A stretch of DNA of 64,000 nucleotides, from positions 724,846-788,845 of the forward strand of contig OZ247427.1 of the NCBI GenBank assembly GCA_965232815.1, in the 5' to 3' direction. Every line of letters starts with the position of its first letter. Position 1 is the stretch's first letter. Source of the stretch: Dehalococcoidia bacterium. GTDB taxonomy: Bacteria; Chloroflexota; Dehalococcoidia; Lucifugimonadales; UBA3495. Positions 47,172 to 55,099 of the stretch are shown here, in pieces. The notes under the pieces are model-generated. The model had not been told where the DNA came from and made no database searches. It saw nothing but the letters and a program-made list of their open reading frames with translations. A program made the translations under genes and the position numbers.

Positions 47172-47245
47172 GATCTCATCCTCCGCAGTTATCCCGTACC
47201 AATCAGGCTATCAGCGCGGCGCGCCAACTTCGCCACCACCACCAC

Positions 47246-47584
47246 TTAGCCGCTGACGGCTGCGATCGCGTCCTCTTGCGAAGAGTGAATATCGATCACT
47301 CGGTCAAACCCGCTGATTTCGAAAACTTCCCGAACAGTACCGGAGAGTGAACAGATCGCGAATTTGGCATTCTGCTGTTGCAGCTTCCTCGCGGTCTGCA
47401 GGATCACGCGTAGACCCGCACTACTTATGTACGCCAGCCGTTCCATGTCCATAACCACTGCCCGGTCATCAGACTCGATGGCGGAATCCAACTCCTGGTA
47501 AAAAGCCTGGGCGTTGGCGCTGTCGACGCGCTCTTCGGTCTGAATGATCAGAGTTCCGTTGTCCCTTCGTGATTCGATAGGCAT
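47246..47584 (-). CDS. STAS-domain anti-anti-sigma factor (RsbV/SpoIIAA-like)
   Basis: ..VVMDMERLAYISSAGLRVILQTARKL..... carries the conserved phosphorylatable Ser in the DxxxxxxISSxGL context. 112 aa. Confidence 0.85.
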   Translation of the reverse strand: MPIESRRDNGTLIIQTEERVDSANAQAFYQELDSAIESDDRAVVMDMERLAYISSAGLRVILQTARKLQQQNAKFAICSLSGTVREVFEISGFDRVIDIHSSQEDAIAAVSG

Positions 47585-47792
47585 AACCTTTTCCTCTGCT
47601 TAATATTCGTGTCTTCGTCGCGCCGCGATAACTTCGCGCAATCTCGGCGAGTTTCATTTTAGTGTGAAAGTACCAGTGTGCGCACGACACACGAGTAACA
47701 ATTGCGATTTTACGGGCATTTCAATTTTCTGTACAGTGCCGTTGGCCCGATTTTAGGTGGGTGTAGAACCTGCGCAAAGAGCCCCATATGAG

Positions 47793-49232
47793 TCATGCGG
47801 CCCGCGCCGGCCACGCCGGATCGTGATATCCCAGCGGCACTGTCGGACGAGCCCAGTAGGGCTGTGCCTCCGAGAGTTGCAGCACCGGTGCAAGGTGATT
47901 CAGCCGACCGCCAGGGATCTCGGTGGTGGTCGACCACCGGTCAATTTCGTCCTGGGAAAAGTCGGACGCCACGTCGCGCAACTGGTCCTCGGGAACCTGC
48001 CCCTGGTCCACCAGCCACTTCCCAACCTGCGCCAGGGAAATCCGCACCAACCAACTCCCGCCCTCGCGCACTCGCCGTCCCAACGCGATCATCGTACCGA
48101 ACGCCATCAGGTACCCCGTGAGGTAGTCGATCGCCGATACGGGATAGAACTGCGGGCCCGGTTCGGCTCCCGGGAACAACTCGCCCTGACGATGCGTGAT
48201 CCCGCTGACCGTCTGCACCACCGTGTCGAATCCTCGGCGGTCAGACCACGGGCCCACGCGCCCGAAGGCGGACAACGAAACGCAGACGATCCCCGGTCGT
48301 ATTTGCGCCAATTCTTCCGGCGAAAGCCCTCGTTGGGCCAGCGTTCCGGGGCGGTACCCCTGCGAAAACACATCCGCCTCGCGGACCAATCCCCGGAGGG
48401 TGTCTAGTTTGTCTGCATCCCTCAGGTCCAGGAACGTAGAAAGCTTGCCGTGCCCCGTATCGTACTCCTGCGACCGGTTGCTCGGCAGGTGTTCGGCCGC
48501 AATTTTCATCACATCCGCCCCGTGCTCCGCCAGAGTCCGCGCGCAGGTCGGCCCCGCCAGCACCCGTGTCAGATCCAAGACCCTGACGCCGGACAACGGC
48601 CGGTCGCCGTCAGGCAGCGGCTCCGGTGGGCTGTCGCCGATCCGGTCAATCTCCATCAACGGCAGCGATGCCACCGCGGCAGACTGCGGATGCCGCGCCC
48701 ACTCGTCCATGGATCGCACCATGCCGCCCGCGCCTTTGGCTGCGATTATCGCCTCTTCCAGTTCCTGCGCATCCCATTGCGCCACCGCCCGGCTGACCGC
48801 CTCCCGGTCCTCCTCCACACCCAGCACGCTCAGCGCAGCCTCCCGGTGATTCGGAAAATTGCAATGCAGGTAGCTCCACCGTCCGTTCTTGGCGGGATAC
48901 ACTCCCATCACCGACGGCCTCTCGCCGGCAGCCGGCGCTCCGTCCAATTTGAGATACCTGCTGCTCCGTAGCGAAGCCGTAGCCCGCCTGGCGTCCACGG
49001 CCACTTCCTGCCGCCGTCCGGTGCGCAGTTCCCAAAGGTCCGAAACAGCCAGACCAACCGCCGCAAGGCTTGCCGAAGCCGTGGCCCCGATGCGGAACGA
49101 CGTTGGCAAGATGGGGTCGTCCCCACCCGAAAACTCTACGCTGTTGGCTTTGGTGGGATCCCAACCCGGGATCTCCAGCAACCGCTTTAGCAATTCCTTA
49201 TCCACTGCGACTTTTGCTCCTTTTCTGACCAT
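47793..49232 (-). CDS. Family III CoA-transferase (CaiB/BaiF) with a roughly 220-aa N-terminal extension
   Basis: The canonical start motif PLSGVRVLDLTRVLAGPTCARTLAEHGADVMKI appears only at about residue 225. The catalytic region is ..RRGFDTVVQTVSGI... The start is ATG 49232 (MVRKG..) or 49292. Confidence 0.75.
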   Translation of the reverse strand: MVRKGAKVAVDKELLKRLLEIPGWDPTKANSVEFSGGDDPILPTSFRIGATASASLAAVGLAVSDLWELRTGRRQEVAVDARRATASLRSSRYLKLDGAPAAGERPSVMGVYPAKNGRWSYLHCNFPNHREAALSVLGVEEDREAVSRAVAQWDAQELEEAIIAAKGAGGMVRSMDEWARHPQSAAVASLPLMEIDRIGDSPPEPLPDGDRPLSGVRVLDLTRVLAGPTCARTLAEHGADVMKIAAEHLPSNRSQEYDTGHGKLSTFLDLRDADKLDTLRGLVREADVFSQGYRPGTLAQRGLSPEELAQIRPGIVCVSLSAFGRVGPWSDRRGFDTVVQTVSGITHRQGELFPGAEPGPQFYPVSAIDYLTGYLMAFGTMIALGRRVREGGSWLVRISLAQVGKWLVDQGQVPEDQLRDVASDFSQDEIDRWSTTTEIPGGRLNHLAPVLQLSEAQPYWARPTVPLGYHDPAWPARAA

Positions 49233-49522
49233 CGAAACATTTTGCTGATTATTGCGTTTCGAGATAGTACAGCAACCGGGCCGTTCATTCAATTTGATGG
49301 CGTCACCGGTTTTGACATAGCTTTGTTATCGTTGCTTCAGTTTTGTTCATGTATGTTCGCAATTCACAACCATTCCCGAACTCCCCGATTGGTTTGAGCA
49401 CGAATGCGCACGCGAGCCAGAACACGTTTGTCGTTGCCTGTATCGGGCATCGTGATAACATTAAAACCAAAAAAAGGGGCGTGACTGTATCGTCCCACGG
49501 CAAACCGAGCAGGAGGAATCAC

Positions 49523-49969
49523 ATGGCAAACGGCGAAATCATGAGCGCTGAAATCTTCCACCCCGAAGCTTTTCCTTTCAGTACCGACAACCCAAGCGGC
49601 GTACCCGGCGATACCAAGATCGAACCCAACGTCGTCGCGGCCATTGTGGGTCACGTGGTCGGCAGCGTCTCCGGCGTGGACCGGCTGGGCAATCCGGGCG
49701 GCATCCTGCGCGCGGTTGCAGACACGGTGCGGTCCCCGGCAGCGGCCCGGGCCACCGGCGTCGGCGTCGAAGCCGGCCAGAAGGAAGCCATCATCGACCT
49801 GGATGTGGTCATGGTTTATGGACACCGCATTCCCAGCGTCGTGCAGGAAATCCGCGAGACCGTAGCGCAGGAACTGTTCGACCAGATCGGTCTGGTCGCC
49901 AAGGAAATCAACGTCGGCGTCGTCGGCATCGAGTTCCCCAGCGGCTCAAACTCGAGGGGCGTCCTCTAG
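49523..49969 (+). CDS. Asp23/Gls24-family envelope (alkaline shock) stress protein
   Basis: AGGAGG lies 6 nt upstream of ATG 49523. Motifs are ..KIEPNVVAAIVGHVVGSVSGV..., ..GVGVEAGQKEAIIDLDVVMVYGHRIPSVVQEIRETV...L....GL..KEINV.V..I. Confidence 0.8.
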   Translation: MANGEIMSAEIFHPEAFPFSTDNPSGVPGDTKIEPNVVAAIVGHVVGSVSGVDRLGNPGGILRAVADTVRSPAAARATGVGVEAGQKEAIIDLDVVMVYGHRIPSVVQEIRETVAQELFDQIGLVAKEINVGVVGIEFPSGSNSRGVL

Positions 49970-49986
49970 GTGTCCCAGGTTCAGGC

Positions 49987-50565
49987 ATGAACGCCGTCAA
50001 CGGCATACTGGTTACTCTGGGCGCCCTGGCGAGCATTGCCGTCGGGGTGCTTATCCTGCTGGTGGTGACGCAAACATTGTCCCCCCAGGCCGTGCCTGTG
50101 CCGGTCCTCCAGCAGCAGTTGGCCGGCATGGCCGGACACACCGGCGCCATGTGGTGGCGCGATATCGGGATCGCGGCCGGCTTCATCGTGGTCGGCCTGC
50201 TGGTACTGATCCTCGAATCCCGGGCGCTCACCAGAACCGCGGCCCCCGGAATGGTGTTGGTCAGTTCCGATGCCAACGGCGTCGTGCGCCTGTCCGTCGA
50301 AAGCATCGTCCAGTTGGCGCAGCGCACCGCCCAGGGCAACCGGGAGGTGCGCAGCGTCCGTTGCAACGTGCACGCCGGTCCCAGCGGCTTGACCATCAAC
50401 TGCGCGGCGGGTCTGCGCATGGGAGCGGACGTTCCCGCCGTAACCTCCGACGTCCAGCACGACATTCGCGAAGTGGTGGAACGCCTCACCGGCCTCAACG
50501 TAGTCGACGTGCCGGTACGCGCCCGCTACCAGGGCGACCGCGACCAACCGGTCCTCACGAGGTGA
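49987..50565 (+). CDS. AmaP-like alkaline-shock-response membrane anchor protein
   Basis: It has two N-terminal TM helices and then an Asp23-like beta region (..VRLSVESIVQLAQRTA...). It lies immediately downstream of asp23. Confidence 0.55.
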   Translation: MNAVNGILVTLGALASIAVGVLILLVVTQTLSPQAVPVPVLQQQLAGMAGHTGAMWWRDIGIAAGFIVVGLLVLILESRALTRTAAPGMVLVSSDANGVVRLSVESIVQLAQRTAQGNREVRSVRCNVHAGPSGLTINCAAGLRMGADVPAVTSDVQHDIREVVERLTGLNVVDVPVRARYQGDRDQPVLTR

Positions 50566-50569
50566 ACCG

Positions 50570-50791
50570 ATGCCGGGCTTGATACTCTCCGGTGTGATTG
50601 GCGGATTGATATTCGGCGTGATCCTCGTTTGGCAGGGCGCGTCAGCAGCCGGTCTGGTCCTGTTGTTCACCATCGTTGGCTGGCTCATCGGGGTCGTATT
50701 GTGGGTGGTTTGGCGCGCTTACACTGGCCAATTGGATGTCCAGACGGTGCGCACACTCATCGAGCTGATATTCTCCAACAGATCGCGCTAG
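50570..50791 (+). CDS. DUF2273 small integral membrane protein
   Basis: 73 aa with two TM helices (GVIGGLIFGVILV..AGLVLLFTIVGWLIGVVLWVV). It is the usual third member of Asp23 clusters. Confidence 0.65.
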   Translation: MPGLILSGVIGGLIFGVILVWQGASAAGLVLLFTIVGWLIGVVLWVVWRAYTGQLDVQTVRTLIELIFSNRSR

Positions 50792-50878
50792 CCGGCTCCG
50801 CCGCCCAGACCGTGCCTCTGCCGTGAAATGCAAACGGGTTACGCCTGTCCGAGGGCTTCTCGTTGTTGATGCTGAGCG

Positions 50879-50907
50879 TTGACGCTATTTCCCGCCAATG
50901 CTACATT
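50879..50907 (+). promoter_or_regulatory. Candidate sigma70-type promoter (TTGACG - 17 nt - TACATT) for the LLM gene
   Basis: -35 TTGACG at 50879-50884, an exact 17-nt spacer, and -10 TACATT at 50902-50907, 48 nt upstream of ATG 50955. Confidence 0.45.
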
Positions 50908-50954
50908 GACGACTACGAAATGCAGCCCACGACCGCACCCCGGGAGGGATGAAA

Positions 50955-52079
50955 ATGGCCAAGATGGATTTTGGATTGTTCACCACTTGGAACGCCGTCT
51001 ACGAGGGCGACAAGGTCCCCTGGGACCCCGAATATCAGGGCGGCAAGCTCCTGGAAGCCGAAGCCTACAAGCAGAACTTCAAAGAGATCGACCACATCGA
51101 GGACGCCGGCTGGGACTACGTCTGGTTCGGCGGCGGTCACTTTTCCACCCAGGGCAGCATGGATCCCCAGTCCCTGATGCTGTCCGCGGTCATCGCCAAC
51201 CACACCAAGAACATCAGGATCGGCACCTCCATCCACCGCCCGACCCTGCGGTTGCCCGGCGAGACCGTATCTGAGCGGGCGCTGCCTCACGAAAGGTACG
51301 CCTTCGACAACCTCCAGCTGGAGGACCCTTTCCAGGTAGCGGAACAGGTCGCCATAGTTGACCAGGTCAGCGAAGGCCGGTTCATATACGGCCCAGGAGC
51401 CCGCACTCGCGGCTCCGACGAACGCCGGGAGTACTTCTACGAGTACCTGGAACTCCTCAAGCAACTCTGGGATGAGGACAGCTTCTCCGGATTCGAGGGC
51501 AAATACTTCAACTATCCCGCTTTCTATGAGAGCTACATGAGCATTCCCAAACCGGTGCAGAAGCCCATGCCCTTGCTGCTCCCAGTGGACAGCCAGGAAA
51601 GCTTCGTGCCCATGGGCGAGCATGGCTATCGCATCGCCATCGGGGCCGGCAGTTCCCCTCACAACCTGCGGGGTTCCGCCGTCCTTCGCCAGGACGTCCA
51701 AGCCTACCGCCAGGCCTACATAGATGGTGGGCATGAGGGCGATCCCACCACTGTGGTCCGGGTGCCCACCCTCGTCGCCGACACCAAGGAAAAAGCCGAC
51801 CGGCGCGTCGAGAATCTCATGGATATGGCCCGGATTTACTACGCCGGCCGCCTCGCCATCGGCAGCACCGACGCCGGCAGCGCGGGCCCCGAAGCCACCC
51901 AGGAGGTCAACCTCTTCGGCACTCCGGAAGAGGTCGTCGAGAAGATCCACATGTTCCGAGAGGCCTTCACCACCGACGAGATCATGTTCGAGTGCAACTG
52001 GACATCATCCGTCCCCCGCGATGTGGTGATGGACACCCTGAAGTGCCTCTCCGATGACGTGATACCGCACTTCAAGTAG
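50955..52079 (+). CDS. LLM-class flavin-dependent oxidoreductase
   Basis: GGGAGGG lies 6 nt upstream of ATG 50955 (MAKMDFGLF..). The motif ..WDYVWFGGGHF.. and the overall LLM TIM-barrel pattern are paralogous to 26626-27795 and 57359-58492. Confidence 0.8.
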   Translation: MAKMDFGLFTTWNAVYEGDKVPWDPEYQGGKLLEAEAYKQNFKEIDHIEDAGWDYVWFGGGHFSTQGSMDPQSLMLSAVIANHTKNIRIGTSIHRPTLRLPGETVSERALPHERYAFDNLQLEDPFQVAEQVAIVDQVSEGRFIYGPGARTRGSDERREYFYEYLELLKQLWDEDSFSGFEGKYFNYPAFYESYMSIPKPVQKPMPLLLPVDSQESFVPMGEHGYRIAIGAGSSPHNLRGSAVLRQDVQAYRQAYIDGGHEGDPTTVVRVPTLVADTKEKADRRVENLMDMARIYYAGRLAIGSTDAGSAGPEATQEVNLFGTPEEVVEKIHMFREAFTTDEIMFECNWTSSVPRDVVMDTLKCLSDDVIPHFK

Positions 52080-52104
52080 ACCAACCCAAATGTCCATGGG
52101 ACGC

Positions 52105-52137
52105 AACGCCGGGCGACTTTGATCGCCCGGCGTTTTC
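52105..52137 (+). terminator. Rho-independent terminator
   Basis: A perfect 12-bp stem AACGCCGGGCGA-ctttga-TCGCCCGGCGTT runs into a TTTT tract, 26 nt after the stop at 52079. Confidence 0.8.
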
Positions 52138-52206
52138 ATGCTCAAATCACATGGCGCGCCCATGTGCTAAACTACGCCCATCACCACTCCATGGAGCACC
52201 GACGCC

Positions 52207-53334
52207 ATGACTAGCACCACTAAAGACCCCATCCTCGTCGTCATCCAACTCACTGGTGGAAACGACTATCTCAACACCGTCATCCCTTACGCCGACGGTC
52301 GCTACCACGATAGCCGGCCCACCGTCGGCATCCCTGCCGACCAGGTACTTCCCATCGATGACCAGTTCGGCTTCAACCCTGCCGCATCGGAAATCAAGGC
52401 GCTCTACGACGCCGGCAAGGTCGCCGTCATCAACGGCGTCGGCTATCCCACACCCAACCGTTCCCACTTCCGCAGCATGGACATCTGGCACACCTGCGAG
52501 CCGGAAAAGGTCGGCACAGAGGGCTGGCTGGGCCGCGTCATACGCGACATCGACCCCCACGCCGAAAACGTGCTCACCGGCGTCAACTTCGGCCGCGGCC
52601 TCCCCCGCGCCATGGCCCTGACCGGCGTGCCCGTCGCTTCTGTGGCCGTGCTGGAAACCTACGGCGTCCTCACCGGAATCGCCGGCGAACCCGAGCGCTC
52701 CCAGGCCCTCGACATATTCGCCCGCATGTACTCCCCCACCGTCGGCCTCGGCGCAACCATGGACTACCTCGGCCAGACCGGCCTCGACGCCCTCAAGGGC
52801 GCCGACATCCTGAAGGCCGCTCCGGAGATGTACACATCCTCCGTCGAGTACGCTGATACCGGCATCGCCCGCAACCTCCAGGGCATTGCAAAAGTACTCA
52901 CCGCCAACTTGGGCACCCGCGTCTTCTACACCCAGCAGGGCGGTTATGACACCCACGCCAGCGAGGCCGACGTCCATCCCAAACTGCTCGGCGACCTCAG
53001 CCGCGCCGTCAGCGACTTCTACGCCGACCTCCGCGAGCACGACGCCGCCGACAACGTCGTCATGTTCGCCTTCACCGAGTTCGGCCGCCGCGTCAAGGAC
53101 AACGGAAGCGGTAGCGACCACGGCAGCGGCGGAGTGGCTTTCGCCATCGGCGATCCGGTCCGCGGCGGCATGTACGGCGCATACCCGTCCCTTGCCGAGA
53201 ACGACCTCGTCGAAGGCGACCTGGCCTTCAACACCGACTTCCGCGGCGTGTACGGCACCCTGGTCGAACAGTGGCTCGGTCTGGATGCAAAACCAGTCGT
53301 CGGCGGAACGTTCGAACAGCCGGCGTTCGTCTAA
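52207..53334 (+). CDS. DUF1501-family (sulfatase/phosphatase-fold) protein, no recognisable Tat/Sec signal
   Basis: ..LVVIQLTGGNDYLNTVIP.., ..YPTPNRSHFRSMDIWHT.., ..QGGYDTHA.., and ..FTEFGRRVKDNGSGSDHG are DUF1501 hallmarks. Confidence 0.75.
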   Translation: MTSTTKDPILVVIQLTGGNDYLNTVIPYADGRYHDSRPTVGIPADQVLPIDDQFGFNPAASEIKALYDAGKVAVINGVGYPTPNRSHFRSMDIWHTCEPEKVGTEGWLGRVIRDIDPHAENVLTGVNFGRGLPRAMALTGVPVASVAVLETYGVLTGIAGEPERSQALDIFARMYSPTVGLGATMDYLGQTGLDALKGADILKAAPEMYTSSVEYADTGIARNLQGIAKVLTANLGTRVFYTQQGGYDTHASEADVHPKLLGDLSRAVSDFYADLREHDAADNVVMFAFTEFGRRVKDNGSGSDHGSGGVAFAIGDPVRGGMYGAYPSLAENDLVEGDLAFNTDFRGVYGTLVEQWLGLDAKPVVGGTFEQPAFV

Positions 53335-53344
53335 GGAACCCGGT

Positions 53345-53764
53345 GTGACGTCAACTCAACAAAAAGCGGAGCGGTGGATCATATTGCCCGGATCAACCGT
53401 CGGGGGTGAAGTGGGCATTTTCAGTGTTGATTTCACCATTCGACACCGTAACGGAGACAAAACACATGCTCTGAATGGCGTGGTCGACTCTGGCTCTTCT
53501 TTTGTGATCATCCCAGATCACGTGCTCGATGAAATGGGTGTCGAGCGGGAAGATCAGGCTTTGTTCAGGCTTGCCGACGGTTCCGTGCGCGAAATGTCCA
53601 TCGGGGAAACTTTGTTGGATCTGGACGGCAGGACGAAAACTGTTCAGGTGGTCTTTGGTACGGACACCCGCAAGGTGCTGCTGGGTGCCATGGCCCTGGA
53701 AGCGTTCGGTTTGGCGGCCGACGCTAAAAACCACCGGCTCATTCCTGCAGAGTTGACCCTCTAA
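53345..53764 (+). CDS. Retropepsin-like clan AA aspartic protease (small single-domain type)
   Basis: ..ALNGVVDSGSSFVIIPDHVLDEMGV......F.LADGSV.....GE..LDLDGR.....VVFG.....LLGAMALEAFGL..D contains the D-S/T-G active-site triad (VDSGSS). The start is uncertain (GTG 53345 or GTG 53411). GC is lower (47 per 100 nt at 53421-53520). Confidence 0.6.
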   Translation: MTSTQQKAERWIILPGSTVGGEVGIFSVDFTIRHRNGDKTHALNGVVDSGSSFVIIPDHVLDEMGVEREDQALFRLADGSVREMSIGETLLDLDGRTKTVQVVFGTDTRKVLLGAMALEAFGLAADAKNHRLIPAELTL

Positions 53765-53775
53765 CGCACCTACAG

Positions 53776-54972
53776 ATGACTATTCACATCGACGGCAACG
53801 GTTCTGCCCAACCATCATCTGGCGCGGCAATCTACGTCGACACCGAGAACCTGCGGGACTCCGACCACGCACAGAACCTGGTTGACCGGATCGTCGCCGA
53901 CTGGCCATGGGATCACGCTCCGCTCGGCAGCCTGTCTCTCTACGTTCGGGCCGACCGCGTCGCGAGCTGGGAGATGTGGGCGGAGGCCGCATACCCCGAT
54001 CTGCGGGTCAGAGTACGCGGCGTCCAGCACTTCACCAACAACAAGGCCAAGAATTCGGCGGATCTGGCGATAACCGCAGACGCCGTGGCTGATCTCGTCA
54101 CCGGCCAGGCCAACGCGGTCGCGGTGGTGAGCAACGACAGCGACTTCGGAGCGCTGTTCGTCAAGGTCAAGGAACTCGCGCGGTCCGTCGGCGTGGAGCC
54201 AACGCCGTTTCTGTGGATCACGTCGCCGGAAGCAGGCGGCCTGTCATCTGAATTGGAACGCTTCATACCGCAGAGCCTGCGTTGGGATCTGTCGGAATCT
54301 GACCGGCCATCGATCGCAGCAGAGCCGCGTGAGAAAGCCCAACCGGTCCCGCCGCAATTGCCTGTTTCGGAACGTCCTGCCGCATTGCCGGCGGCGCCCC
54401 AGCCCGAGTCCTCAAAATCGCAGAACGAGGCCATCGCGGATGAACTGATTCGCCGTCTCCCTGTCGGGCGGTTCAAAGCTGCCGACGCACATCAGGTGGT
54501 CAGGGCGCATTGGCCTGACCATCCGTCCGCCGGGGAGGCCGCCAGGGTGGGGCAGTTCCTGCTCAACGAACTCTGGCCCATCCTGCAAAAACGCGGCGTC
54601 ACCATGCCCCGCAAGAGTTCCCCCCGTACCTACGAGATAACCCAGGCAGCCAAAGACACGCTGGCCAAACCGATAGCCCGGCCGGCGCCGGACGCGAAAC
54701 CCTCCCCTGAACTCACGCCCGCGCAGTTGGCCGCATCCGTCACCAGCGGCATACCCGACGATATTTTCAAAGCGTCGGACGCTCAGAGCGCCCTCAATAA
54801 TCTGCGGCCCGATCATCCCGCCGCGTCCTATACGGCCACCCAATTCGGCACCTGGTTCGCGAAACAACTCTGGCCGATCATGGAGCAGCACGGCGTCGTC
54901 CTCGCCAGCGAAAAGCCGCGGCGTTATGAAATGACTCCCGACGCCCGCCACCGCCTGACCGCTCTCGCCTGA
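53776..54972 (+). CDS. NYN (LabA-like, PIN-related) nuclease-domain protein with two tandem roughly 80-aa C-terminal repeats
   Basis: The NYN core is AIYVDTENL..., ..KNSADLAITADAV.., and ..VAVVSNDSDFGALF... The C-terminus carries two copies of the pattern P...FKA.DA.......PDHP.A......G.....LWPI....GV......PR.YE.T..A...L. Confidence 0.7.
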   Translation: MTIHIDGNGSAQPSSGAAIYVDTENLRDSDHAQNLVDRIVADWPWDHAPLGSLSLYVRADRVASWEMWAEAAYPDLRVRVRGVQHFTNNKAKNSADLAITADAVADLVTGQANAVAVVSNDSDFGALFVKVKELARSVGVEPTPFLWITSPEAGGLSSELERFIPQSLRWDLSESDRPSIAAEPREKAQPVPPQLPVSERPAALPAAPQPESSKSQNEAIADELIRRLPVGRFKAADAHQVVRAHWPDHPSAGEAARVGQFLLNELWPILQKRGVTMPRKSSPRTYEITQAAKDTLAKPIARPAPDAKPSPELTPAQLAASVTSGIPDDIFKASDAQSALNNLRPDHPAASYTATQFGTWFAKQLWPIMEQHGVVLASEKPRRYEMTPDARHRLTALA

Positions 54973-55082
54973 CCTCAATCCTCCAGCGGCTGCAATATCG
55001 GTCGCCGGCTTACGTGGTATCCCACTGCGCCGCCAGGCGCGCATATCCACTTTTTTGTGACTTCCGTGCGTTGACGCCCCTG

Positions 55083-55099
55083 TGTTCAATCATTGAACA
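55083..55099. promoter_or_regulatory. Perfect 17-bp palindrome TGTTCAAT-C-ATTGAACA at the 5' end of the radical SAM gene (candidate operator)
   Basis: I read it directly from the sequence: 8-nt arms that are exact reverse complements around one central base. It overlaps the first possible start codons of the downstream ORF. Confidence 0.35.

Noticed and set aside
55083-55099. Calling the 17-bp palindrome a LexA/SOS (Cheo) box
   Set aside because: The half-sites are arranged GTTC-N7-GAAC rather than the GAAC-N4-GTTC known for Gram-positive and Dehalococcoides LexA. It is kept as a generic candidate operator only.
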